This document shows positions 1 through 13,710 of a DNA stretch of 64,000 nucleotides, piece after piece; position 1 is the first letter of the stretch; each line of letters opens with the position of its first letter. The notes beneath the pieces are model-generated. The model searched no databases and was not told the origin of the DNA. It saw only the letters and a list, made by a program, of their open reading frames with translations. The stretch comes from Eledone cirrhosa (taxonomy: Eukaryota). The DNA is taken from assembly GCA_964016885.1 (NCBI GenBank), contig OZ024741.1, positions 356,996,001-357,060,000 on the forward strand. Direction: 5' to 3'. A program made the translations under genes and the position numbers.

Positions 1-3000
1 TCCTACTGTTACACAGTCTTCACCACTGCCATCAAGACTCCTACTTTTACACAGTCTTCACCACTGCCATCAAGACTCCTACTGTTACACAGTCTTCACC
101 ACTACCATCAAGAACCCTACTGTTACACAGTCTTCACCACTACCATCAAGACCCCTACTGTTACAAAGTCTTCACCACTACCATCAAGACTCATACTGTT
201 ACACAGTCTTCACCACTGCCATCAAGACCCCTACTGTTACACACTCTTCACCACTACCATCAAGACCCCTACTGTTACACAGTCTTCACCACTGCCATCA
301 AGACCCCTACTGTTAGACAGTCTTCACCACTACCATCAAGACTCCTACTGTTACACAGTCTTCACCATTACTATCAAGACTCCTACTATTACACAGTCTT
401 CACCACTACCATCAAGACCCCTACTGTTACACAGTCTTCACCATTACCATCAAGACCCCTACTGTTACACAGTCTTCACCATTACCATCAAGACCCCTAC
501 TGTTCCACAGTCTTCACCACTGCCATCAAGACCCCTACTGTTACACAGTCTTCACCACTACTATCAAGACCCCTACTGTTACACAGTCTTCACCACTGCC
601 ATCAATACCCCTACTGTTACACAGTCTTCACCACTACCATCAAGACCCCTACTGTTACACAGTCTTCACCACTACCATCAAGACCCCTACTGTTACACAG
701 TCTTCACCATTACCATCAAGACCCCTACTGTTACACAGTCTTCACCACTACCATCAATACCCCTACTGTTACACAGTCTTCACCACTGCCATCAAGACCC
801 CTACTGTTACACAGTCTTCACCACTGCCATCAAGACCCCTACTGTTACACAGTCTTCACCACTACCATCAAGACCCCTACTGTTACACAGTCTTCACCTC
901 TACCATCAAGACCCCTACTGTTACACAGTCTTCACCACTACCATCAAGACTCCTACTGTTACACACTCTTCACCACTACTATCAAGACCCCTACTGTTAC
1001 ACAGTCTTCACCACTGCCATCAAGACCCCTACTGTTACACAGTCTTCACCACTACCATCAAGACCCCTACTGTTACACAGTCTTGACCACTGCCATCAAG
1101 ACCCCTACTGTTACACAGTCTTCACCACTGCCATCAAGACCCTTACTGTTACAGTCTTCACCACTGCCATCAAGACCCCTACTGTTACAGTCTTCACCAC
1201 TACCATCAAGACTCCTACTGTTACACAGTCTTCACCATTACCATCAAGACCCCTACTGTTACACAGTCTTCACCACTACCATCAAGACCCCTACTGTTAC
1301 ACAGTCTTCACCACTGCCATCAAGACTCCTACTGTTACACAGTCTTCACCACTACCATCAAGACTGCTACTGTTACACAGTCTTCACCACTACCATCAAG
1401 ACTCCTACTGTTACACAGTCTTCACCACTACCATCAAGACCCCTACTGTTACACAGTCTTCACCATTACCATCAAGACCCCTACTGTTACACAGTCTTCA
1501 CCATTACCATCAAGACCCCTACTGTTACACAGTCTTCACCACTACCTTCAGGACCCCTACTGTTACACAGTCTTCACCACTACCATCAAGACCCCTACTG
1601 TTACACAGTCTTCACCACTACCATCAAGACTCCTACTGTTACACAGTCTTCACCACTACCATCAAGACCCCTACTGTTACACAGTCTTCACCACTACCAT
1701 CAAGACCCCTACTGTTACACAGTCTTCACCACTACCATCAAGACCCCTACTGTTACACAGTCTTCACCACTACCATCAAGACTCCTACTGTTACACAGTC
1801 TTCACCACTACCATCAAGACCCCTACTGTTACACAGTCTTCACCACTACCATCAAGACCCCTACTGTTACACAGTCTTCACCACTACCATCAAGACCCCT
1901 ACTGTTACACAGTCTTCACCACTACCATCAAGACTCCTACTGTTACACAGTCTTCACCACTGCCATCAAGACTCCTACTTTTACACAGTCTTCACCACTG
2001 CCATCAAGACTCCTACTGTTACACAGTCTTCACCACTACCATCAAGAACCCTACTGTTACACAGTCTTCACCACTACCATCAAGACCCCTACTGTTACAC
2101 AGTCTTCACCACTACCATCAAGACTCATACTGTTACACAGTCTTCACCACTGCCATCAAGACCCCTACTGTTACACACTCTTCACCACTACCATCAAGAC
2201 CCCTACTGTTACACAGTCTTCACCACTGCCATCAAGACCCCTACTGTTACACAGTCTTCACCACTACCATCAAGACCCCTACTGTTACACAGTCTTCACC
2301 ATTACCATCAAGACCCCTACTGTTACACAGTCTTCACCATTACCATCAAGACCCCTACTGTTACACAGTCTTCACCACTACCATCAGGACCCCTACTGTT
2401 ACACAGTCTTCACCACTACCATCAAGACCCCTACTGTTACACAGTCTTCAGAACTACCATCAAGACCCCTACTGTTACACAGTCTTCACCACTACCATCA
2501 AGACTCCTACTGTTACACAGTCTTCACCACTGCCATCAAGACTCCTACTTTTACACAGTCTTCACCACTGCCATCAAGACTCCTACTGTTACACAGTCTT
2601 CACCACTACCATCAAGAACCCTACTGTTACACAGTCTTCACCACTACCATCAAGACCCCTACTGTTACAAAGTCTTCACCACTACCATCAAGACTCATAC
2701 TGTTACACAGTCTTCACCACTGCCATCAAGACCCCTACTGTTACACACTCTTCACCACTACCATCAAGACCCCTACTGTTACAGTCTTCACCACTGCCAT
2801 CAAGACCCCTACTGTTAGACAGTCTTCACCACTACCATCAAGACTCCTACTGTTACACAGTCTTCACCATTACTATCAAGACTCCTACTATTACACAGTC
2901 TTCACCACTACCATCAAGACCCCTACTGTTACACAGTCTTCACCATTACCATCAAGACCCCTACTGTTACACAGTCTTCACCATTACCATCAAGACCCCT

Positions 3001-6000
3001 ACTGTTCCACAGTCTTCACCACTGCCATCAAGACCCCTACTGTTACACAGTCTTCACCACTGCCATCAAGACCCCTACTGTTACACAGTCTTCACCACTA
3101 CCATCAAGACCCCTACTGTTACAAAGTCTTCACCACTACCATCAAGACTCATACTGTTACACAGTCTTGACCACTGCCATCAAGACCCCTACTGTTACAC
3201 AGTCTTCACCACTGCCATCAAGACCCTTACTGTTACAGTCTTCACCACTGCCATCAAGACCCCTACTGTTACAGTCTTCACCACTACCATCAAGACTCCT
3301 ACTGTTACACAGTCTTCACCATTACCATCAAGACCCCTACTGTTACACAGTCTTCACCACTACCATCAAGACCCCTACTGTTACACAGTCTTCACCACTG
3401 CCATCAAGACTCCTACTGTTACACAGTCTTCACCACTACCATCAAGACTGCTACTGTTACACAGTCTTCACCACTACCATCAAGACTCCTACTGTTACAC
3501 AGTCTTCACCACTACCATCAAGACCCCTACTGTTACACAGTCTTCACCATTACCATCAAGACCCCTACTGTTACACAGTCTTCACCATTACCATCAAGAC
3601 CCCTACTGTTACACAGTCTTCACCACTACCTTCAGGACCCCTACTGTTACACAGTCTTCACCACTACCATCAAGACCCCTACTGTTACACAGTCTTCACC
3701 ACTACCATCAAGACTCCTACTGTTACACAGTCTTCACCACTACCATCAAGACCCCTACTGTTACACAGTCTTCACCACTACCATCAAGACCCCTACTGTT
3801 ACACAGTCTTCACCACTACCATCAAGACCCCTACTGTTACACAGTCTTCACCACTACCATCAAGACTCCTACTGTTACACAGTCTTCACCACTACCATCA
3901 AGACCCCTACTGTTACACAGTCTTCACCACTACCATCAAGACCCCTACTGTTACACAGTCTTCACCACTACCATCAAGACCCCTACTGTTACACAGTCTT
4001 CACCACTACCATCAAGACTCCTACTGTTACACAGTCTTCACCACTGCCATCAAGACTCCTACTTTTACACAGTCTTCACCACTGCCATCAAGACTCCTAC
4101 TGTTACACAGTCTTCACCACTACCATCAAGAACCCTACTGTTACACAGTCTTCACCACTACCATCAAGACCCCTACTGTTACACAGTCTTCACCACTACC
4201 ATCAAGACTCATACTGTTACACAGTCTTCACCACTGCCATCAAGACCCCTACTGTTACACACTCTTCACCACTACCATCAAGACCCCTACTGTTACACAG
4301 TCTTCACCACTGCCATCAAGACCCCTACTGTTACACAGTCTTCACCACTACCATCAAGACCCCTACTGTTACACAGTCTTCACCATTACCATCAAGACCC
4401 CTACTGTTACACAGTCTTCACCACTACCATCAGGACCCCTACTGTTACACAGTCTTCACCACTACCATCAAGACCCCTACTGTTACACAGTCTTCAGAAC
4501 TACCATCAAGACCCCTACTGTTACACAGTCTTCACCACTACCATCAAGACTCCTACTGTTACACAGTCTTCACCACTGCCATCAAGACTCCTACTTTTAC
4601 ACAGTCTTCACCACTGCCATCAAGACTCCTACTGTTACACAGTCTTCACCACTACCATCAAGAACCCTACTGTTACACAGTCTTCACCACTACCATCAAG
4701 ACCCCTACTGTTACAAAGTCTTCACCACTACCATCAAGACTCATACTGTTACACAGTCTTCACCACTGCCATCAAGACCCCTACTGTTACACACTCTTCA
4801 CCACTACCATCAAGACCCCTACTTTTACAGTCTTCACCACTGCCATCAAGACCCCTACTGTTAGACAGTCTTCACCACTACCATCAAGACTCCTACTGTT
4901 ACACAGTCTTCACCATTACTATCAAGACTCCTACTATTACACAGTCTTCACCACTACCATCAAGACCCCTACTGTTACACAGTCTTCACCATTACCATCA
5001 AGACCCCTACTGTTACACAGTCTTCACCATTACCATCAAGACCCCTACTGTTCCACAGTCTTCACCACTGCCATCAAGACCCCTACTGTTACACAGTCTT
5101 CACCACTGCCATCAAGACCCCTACTGTTACACAGTCTTCACCACTACCATCAAGACCCCTACTGTTACACAGTCTTCACCACTGCCATCAAGACCCCTAC
5201 TGTTACACAGTCTTCACCACTGCCATCAAGACCCCTACTGTTACACAGTCTTCACCACTGCCATCAAGACCCCTACTGTTACACAGTCTTCACCACTGCC
5301 ATCAAGACCCCTACTGTTACACAGTCTTCACCACTACCATCAAGACCCCTACTGTTACACAGTCTTCACCACTGCCATCAATACCCCTACTGTTACACAG
5401 TCTTCACCACTACCATCAAGACCCCTACTGTTACACAGTCTTCACCACTACCATCAAGACCCCTACTGTTACACAGTCTTCACCATTACCATCAAGACCC
5501 CTACTGTTACACAGTCTTCACCACTACCATCAATACCCCTACTGTTACACAGTCTTCACCACTGCCATCAAGACCCCTACTGTTACACAGTCTTCACCAC
5601 TGCCATCAAGACCCCTACTGTTACACAGTCTTCACCACTACCATCAAGACCCCTACTGTTACACAGTCTTCACCTCTACCATCAAGACCCCTACTGTTAC
5701 ACAGTCTTCACCACTACCATCAAGACTCCTACTGTTACACAGTCTTCACCACTACCATCAAGACTCCTACTGTTACACACTCTTCACCACTACTATCAAG
5801 ACCCCTACTGTTACACAGTCTTCACCACTGCCATCAAGACCCCTACTGTTACACAGTCTTCACCACTACCATCAAGACCCCTACTGTTACACAGTCTTGA
5901 CCACTGCCATCAAGACCCCTACTGTTACACAGTCTTCACCACTGCCATCAAGACCCTTACTGTTACAGTCTTCACCACTGCCATCAAGACCCCTACTGTT

Positions 6001-9000
6001 ACAGTCTTCACCACTACCATCAAGACTCCTACTGTTACACAGTCTTCACCATTACCATCAAGACCCCTACTGTTACACAGTCTTCACCACTACCATCAAG
6101 ACCCCTACTGTTACACAGTCTTCACCACTACCATCAAGACCCCTACTGTTACACAGTCTTGACCACTGCCATCAAGACCCCTACTGTTACACAGTCTTCA
6201 CCACTGCCATCAAGACCCTTACTGTTACAGTCTTCACCACTGCCATCAAGACCCCTACTGTTACAGTCTTCACCACTACCATCAAGACTCCTACTGTTAC
6301 ACAGTCTTCACCATTACCATCAAGACCCCTACTGTTACACAGTCTTCACCACTACCATCAGGACCCCTACTGTTACACAGTCTTCACCACTGCCATCAAG
6401 ACTCCTACTGTTACACAGTCTTCACCACTACCATCAAGACTGCTACTGTTACACAGTCTTCACCACTACCATCAAGACTCCTACTGTTACACAGTCTTCA
6501 CCACTACCATCAAGACCCCTACTGTTACACAGTCTTCACCACTACCATCAAGACCCCTACTGTTACCCAGTCTTCACCACTACCATCAAGACCCCTACTG
6601 TTACCCAGTCTTCACCACTACCATCAAGACCCCTACTTTTACACAGTTTTCACCACTACCATCAAGACTCCTACTGTTACACAGTCTTCACCACTACCAT
6701 CAAGACCCCTACTGTTACACAGTCTTCACCACTACCATCAAGACTCCTACTGTTACACAGTCTTCACCACTGCCATCAAGACTCCTACTGTTACACAGTC
6801 TTCACCACTACCATCAAGACTCCTACTGTTACACAGTCTTCACCACTACCATCAAGACCCCTACTGTTACACAGTCTTCCCCACTACCATCAAGACCCCT
6901 ACTGTTACACAGTCTTCACCACTACCATCAAGACTGCTACTGTTACACAGTCTTCACCATTACCATCAAGACTCCTACTGTTACACAGTCTTCACCACTA
7001 CCATCAAGACCCCTACTGTTACACAGTCTTCACCACTGCCATCAAGACTCCTACTGTTACACAGTCTTCACCACTACCATCAAGACCCCTACTGTTACAC
7101 AGTCTTCACCACTACCATCAAGACCCCTACTGTTACACAGTCTTCACCATTACCATCAAGACCCCTACTGTTACACAGTCTTCACCACTGCCATCAAGAC
7201 TCCTACTGTTACACAGTCTTCACCACTACCATCAAGACCCCTACTGTTACACAGTCTTCACCACTACCATCAAGACCCCTACTGTTACACAGTCTTCACC
7301 ATTACCATCAAGACCCCTACTGTTACACAGTCTTCACCACTACCATCAAGACCCCTACTGTTACACAGTCTTCACCATTACCATCAAGACTCCTACTGTT
7401 ACACAGTCTTCACCACTAACATCAAGACCCCTACTGTTACACAGTCTTCACCACTGCCATCAAGACTCCTACTGTTACACAGTCTTCACCTCTACCATCA
7501 AGACCCCTACTGTTACACAGTCTTCACCACTACCATCAAGACTCCTACTGTTACACAGTCTTCACCACTACCATCATGACTCCTACTGTTACACAGTCTT
7601 CACCACTACCATCAAGACCCCTACTGTTACACAGTCTTCACCACTACCATCAAGACCCCTACTGTTACACAGTCTTCACCATTACCATCAAGACTCCTAC
7701 TGTTACACAGTCTTCACCATTACCATCAAGACCCCTACTGTTACACATTCTTCACCACTGCCATCAAGACCCCTACTGTTACACAGTCTTCACCACTACC
7801 ATCAAGACTCCTACTGTTACACAGTCTTCACCGCTACCATCAAGACTCCTACTGTTACACAGTCTTCACCGCTACCATCAAGACTCCTACTGTTACACAG
7901 TCTTCACCACTACCATCAAGACTCCTACTGTTACACAGTCTTCACCACTACCATCAAGACTCCTACTGTTACACAGTCTTCACCCCTAACATCAAGACTC
8001 CTACTGTTCCACAGTCTTCACCACTGCCATCAAGACTCCTACTGTTACACAGTCTTCACCACTACCATCAAGACTCCTACTGTTACACAGTCTTCACCAC
8101 TACCATCAAGACTCCTACTGTTACACAGTCTTCACCATTACCATCAAGACTCCTACTATTACACAGTCTTCACCACTACCATCAAGACCCCTACTGTTAC
8201 ACAGTCTTCACCACTACCATCAAGACTCCTACTGTTACACAGTCTTCGCCACTACCATCAAGACCCCTACTGTTACACAGTCTTCACCATTACCATCAAG
8301 ACCCCTACTGTTCCACAGTCTTCACCACTGCCATCAAGACCCCTACTGTTACACAGTCTTCACCACTACTATCAAGACCCCTACTGTTACACAGTCTTCA
8401 CCACTGCCATCAATACCCCTACTGTTACACAGTCTTCACCACTGCCATCAAGACCCCTACTGTTACACAGTCTTCACCACTGCCATCAAGACCCCTACTG
8501 TTACACAGTCTTCACCACTACCATCAAGACCCCTACTGTTACACAGTCTTCACCACTACCATCAAGACTCCTACTGTTACACACTCTTCACCACTACCAT
8601 CAAGACCCCTACTGTTACACAGTCTTCACCACTGCCATCAAGACCCCTACTGTTACACAGTCTTCACCACTACCGTCAAGACCCCTACTGTTACACAGTC
8701 TTCACCACTGCCATCAAGACCCCTACTGTTACACAGTCTTCACCACTGCCATCAAGACCCTTACTGTTACAGTCTTCACCACTACCATCAAGACCCCTAC
8801 TGTTCCACAGTCTTCACCACTGCACTGCCATCAAGACCCTTACTGTAACAGTCTTCACCACTGCCATCAAGATCCCTACTGTTACACAGTCTTCACCACT
8901 ACCATCAAGACCCCTACTGTTCCACAGTCTTCACCACTGCACTGCTATCAAGACCCTTACTGTAACAGTCTTCACCACTGCCATCAAGACCCCTACTGTT

Positions 9001-10048
9001 ACACAGTCTTCACCACTACCATCAAGACCCCTACTGTTACACAGTCTTCACCATTACCATCAAGACCCCTACTGTTACACAGTCTTTACCACTACCATCA
9101 AGACCCCTATTGTTCCACAGTCTTCACCACTGCTATCAAGACTGCTACTGTTACACAGTCTTCACCACTGCCATCAAGACCCCTACTGTTACACAGTCTT
9201 CACCACTACCATCAAGACCCCTACTGTTACATAGTCTTCACCACTGCCATCAAGACTCCTACTGTTACACAGTCTTCACCACTACCATCAAGACCCCTAC
9301 TGTTACACAGTCTTTACCACTACCATCAAGACCCCTATTGTTCCACAGTCTTCACCACTGCTATCAAGACTGCTACTGTTACACAGTCTTCACCACTACC
9401 ATCAAGACCCCTACTGTTACACAGTCTTTACCACTACCATCAAGACCCCTACTGTTACACAGTCTTCACCACTGCCATCAAGACTCCTACTGTTACACAG
9501 TCTTCACCACTACTGTTACAGTCTTCACAACTACCATCAAGACCCCTACTGTTACACAGTCTTCACCACTGCCATCAAGACCCCTACTGTTACACAGTCT
9601 TCACCATTACCATCAAGACTCCTACTGTTACACAGTCTTTACCACTACCATCAAGACCCCTACTGTTCCACAGTCTTCACCATTACCATCAAGACCCCTA
9701 CTGTTACACAGTCTTCACCACTGCCATCAAGACTCCTACTGTTACACAGTCTTCACCACTGCCATCAAGACCCCTACTGTTACACAGTCGTCTCCACTAC
9801 CATCAAGACCCCTACTGTTCCACAGTCTTCACCACTGCCATCAAGACCCCTACTGTTACACAGTCTTCACCACTACCATCAAGACCCCTACTGTTACACA
9901 GTCTTCACCACTACCATCAAGACCCCTACTGTTACACAGTCTTCACCACTGCCATCAAGACCCCTACTGTTACACAGTCTTCACCACTGCCATCAAGACC
10001 CCTACTGTTACACAGTCTTCACCACTACCATCAAGACCCCTACTGTTA
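1..10048 (+). repeat. 38-bp tandem satellite array, forward arm (continues beyond window start)
   Basis: Monomer ACACAGTCTTCACCACTACCATCAAGACCCCTACTGTT repeated head-to-tail with point variants and occasional 2-bp (AC) deletions. Confidence 0.98.
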
Positions 10049-11877
10049 CACAGTAAGGGTCTTCATGGCAGTTGTGAAGACTGTATAACCGTAGGGGTCT
10101 TGATGGCAGTGGTGAAGACTGTGTAACAGTAGGGGTCTTGATGGCAGTGGTGAAGACTGTGTAACAGTAGGGGTCTTGATGGTAGTGGTGAAGACTGTAA
10201 CAGTAAGGGTCTCGATGGTAGTGGTGAAGACTGTAACAGTAAGGGTCTCGATGGTAGTGGTGAAGACTGTAACAGTAAGGGTCTTGATGGCAGTGGTGAA
10301 GACTGTGTAACAGTAGGGGTCTTGATGGCAGTGGTGAAGACTGTGTAACAGTAGGTGTCTTGATGGCAGTGGTGAAGACTGTGTAACAGTAGGGGTCTTG
10401 ATGGTAGTGGTGAAGACTGTAACAGTAAGGGTCTCGATGGTAGTGGTGAAGACTGTAACAGTAAGGGTCTCGATGGTAGTGGTGAAGACTGTAACAGTAA
10501 CGGTCTTGATGGCAGTGGTGAAGACTGTGTAACAGTAGGGGTCTTGATGGTAGTGGTGAAGACTGTGTAACAGTAAGGGTCTCGATGGTAGTGGGAAAGA
10601 CTGTAACAGTAAGGGTCTTGATGGCAGTGGTGAAGACTGTGTAACAGTAGGGGTCTTGATGGTAGTGGTGAAGACTGTAACAGTAAGGGTCTTGATGGTA
10701 GTGGTGAAGACTGTGTAACAGTAGGGGTCTTGATGGTAGTGGTGAAGACTGTGGAACAGTAGGGGTCTTGATGGCAGTGGTGAAGACTGTGGAACAGTAG
10801 GGGTCTTGATGGTAGTGGTGAAGACTGTGGAACAGTAGGGGTCTTGATGGTAGTGGTGAAGACTGTGGAACAGTAGGGGTCTCGATGGTAGTGGTGAAGA
10901 CTGTGTAACAGTAGGAGTCTTGATGGTAGTGGTGAAGACTGTGTAAAAGTAGGAGTCTTGATGGCAGTGGTGAAGACTGTGTAACAGTAGGGGTCTTGAT
11001 GGCAGTGGTGAAGACTGTGTAACAGTAGCAGTCTTGATAGCAGTGGTGAAGACTGTGGAACAATAGGGGTCTTGATGGTAGTGGTAAAGACTGTGTAACA
11101 GTAGGGGTCTTGATGGTAGTGGTGAAGACTGTGTAACAGTAGGGATCTTGATGGCAGTGGTGAAGACTGTTACAGTAAGGGTCTTGATGGCAGTGCAGTG
11201 GTGAAGACTGTTACAGTAAGGGTCTTGATGGCAGTGCAGTGGTGAAGACTGTGGAACAGTAGGGGTCTTGATGGTAGTGGTGAAGACTGTAACAGTAAGG
11301 GTCTTGATGGCAGTGGTGAAGACTGTGTAACAGTAGGGGTCTTGATGGTAGTGGTGAAGACTGTGTAACAGTAGGGGTCTTGATGGCAGTGGTGAAGACT
11401 GTGTAACAGTAGGGGTCTTGATGGTAGTGGTGAAGACTGTGTAACAGTAGGGGTCTTGATGGTAGTGGAGACGACTGTGTAACAGTAGGGGTCTTGATGG
11501 TAGTGGTGAAGACTGTGTAACAGTAGGAGTCTTGATGGTAGTGGTGAAGACTGTGTAACAGTAGGGGTCTTGATGGTAGTGGTGAAGACTGTGTAACAGT
11601 AGGGGTCTTGATGGCAGTGGTGAAGCCTGTGTAACAGTAAGGGTCTCGATGGTAGTGGGAAAGACTGTAACAGTAAGGGTCTTGATGGCAGTGGTGAAGA
11701 CTGTGTAACAGTAGGGGTCTTGATGGTAGTGGTGAAGACTGTGGAACAGTAGGGGTCTCAATGGTAGTAGTGAAGACTGTGTAACAGTAGGGGTCTTGAT
11801 GGTAGTGGTGAAGACTGTGTAACAGTAGGGGTCTTGATGGCAGTGGTGAAGACTGTGTAACAGTAGGGGTCTTGATA
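10049..11877 (-). repeat. 38-bp satellite array, inverted arm
   Basis: Reverse complement of the same monomer (AACAGTAGGGGTCTTGATGGTAGTGGTGAAGACTGTGT) from the junction at 10041-10055 to about 11877. Confidence 0.97.
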
Positions 11878-12130
11878 CTATAGGCATGTGGTTAGAATGT
11901 CTCAGGAAAGAATCACTGGACAGATTTTACAGGCAAAACCAAATGGCAAGAGACCCAGGGGTAGACCCCAAGCAGAATGTTTGGATAACATCCCTGAACT
12001 TGGCTGGTCTTGCTTGAGGATCCAGCCAGATCAGTTAGAGACAGTTGCTTCTGACATGACCTGCTGGGAAGAGTGTTTGAGGACTCTGCCCCATGACCCT
12101 CTCAGGAATAAGTGGGTGAAGAAGAAAAAG
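11878..12130 (+). mobile_element. RTE-clade LINE 3' fragment
   Basis: Translates to HVVRMSQERITGQILQAKPNGKRPRGRP, a typical RTE ORF C-terminus, followed by a GAA-rich tail; related copy at 45760-45945. Confidence 0.75.
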
Positions 12131-13134
12131 AAGTTTTTCTATTATTTCATAGTTTCTTTACAAAGCAGATAGTATGTTTCTCAACTTACAAAACATTCGG
12201 TTCAATCATTTGTATATTGTTTGTCATGTCATTATATATTTCAATGTGTTATTTCTCTCTCTCTCTCTCTCTTTCTTTTACAGATATATCCTATATCTTG
12301 ACAACTTGTTATGATCAACTGACAGATTTTCTTGTCTTCTATTCTTAAAGTCTTCATTGATGAAAAATTTTTAATTATTTTTCTCAACACTTCTGGGTAA
12401 TTTTTATTATAGCCTGTTAGCCTAACTTCTAAAATTGATTATTAAATTGAACTCACTAAGCACTTTAGATTTTAATTCTTCTCTCTAATTATTTTAATTC
12501 TGCAGATACTACTTTTATTTTTATTTACTTTATATCAGAATTGGTGAACAATAAATTGTGTTGTTGGTTACAGCTTACTAACAAGCTAATGATTAGGTCA
12601 ATGCATTGCTGATGGTAAGAGTGACAAGATAGTGTCTGTAAGTCTGCACAGAACAAATATCGCAAGGGACTCCATTTATAGTGCACCGGATTTTCATTGC
12701 CTTCAATGATGTTAACATCTTTCACTGATGCTTACATATCCTTTAATGATGTTCATCACCAAAAGATATACACACATGTATATATGTTTATTTTTGAGTG
12801 ATGATGTTATAGCTGTATATATATAATAAGGTTAAATCTATACATATATAATGTATATCAATTAAGTTACTCAACAAAGGAAGTTCCATGAACATATAGA
12901 ACAGAGCATTATTTATACAAATTCAAATGATAGTCTATCTTGAATTGACTCTTTCTATGAGTGAGTACATTTGTTATTATTATATATATGTACATGATAC
13001 TAGTTGTTTCTCAACTAGATATACGAAAGAGACTTTTTTGTATATTGTTTGAAGTTGTGTGTGTGTGTATATATATATATATACACACACATACACATGC
13101 ATACATACCGACACATTCACACACATACACGATG

Positions 13135-13265
13135 GAATTCTGTACAGTTGCCATCTATCAAATTCCACTCACAAGATATTAGTGAACGACTTGAGACTAC
13201 TTGCCAAAAGTGCTGTACAGTGGGTTGTGGAGCAAACTCCTTAATCATATAGCCATGCATGCACT
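13135..13265 (-). mobile_element. degenerate tRNA-derived SINE
   Basis: Reverse-complement similarity to the copies at 38335-38480 and 45090-45230. Confidence 0.5.
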
Positions 13266-13509
13266 TATACTTCCCCTCAATAATTAAATTTCAGATTTTC
13301 ATTTAAGCCTGTCTCACTGAGTTCTCGCTCTCTATTTTGAAATCTCATTCAAATTTCATTTCATTTCTTCATAGATCTTAATCTTTTCATTACCATATTT
13401 CTAGTGAAAGACACTGCCTATGATTTTCAAATAATATTGAAAACAATTCAGAATTTGCAGGGATTTAGTAATATAACTAACTTTCTTATTATTAAACTGG
13501 TGTAGGACA

Positions 13510-13710
13510 TTGTATTGACAGAATCGTTAGTATTGTGGATTGTAGTATTTAATTATGACCTTTTATGTTCTGGCTTCAAATCATGCTGTGGTCAATTTTG
13601 CATTTTAGCCTTCTGCAGTCAATAAAATAAAAGTACTTGGGTCAATATAATTAACTTTCCCTTCCTCTCAAATTTGCTGGCCTTGTGCCAAAATGAGAAA
13701 CCATTATTAA
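13510..13710 (+). mobile_element. SINE family A, degenerate copy
   Basis: Shares TTCAAATC...AATAAAATAAAAGTAC...TTGCTGGCCTTGTGCCAAAA with the copies at 28427 and 39301. Confidence 0.6.

Noticed and set aside
1-11877. CRISPR array
   Set aside because: Repeats are contiguous with no unique spacers, there are no cas genes, and the context is eukaryotic
1083-11887. Long ORFs (up to 1309 aa) resembling mucin or His-rich proteins
   Set aside because: The 38-bp monomer has no stop in any frame on one strand, so all three frames give the same 38-aa cycle; starts are mostly TTG variants and 2-bp indels are tolerated
12500-12730. Possible host exon (polypyrimidine-AG, GTAAG, 66-aa minus-strand ORF)
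   Set aside because: No recognisable protein motif and no consistent open frame between splice sites; needs RNA-seq
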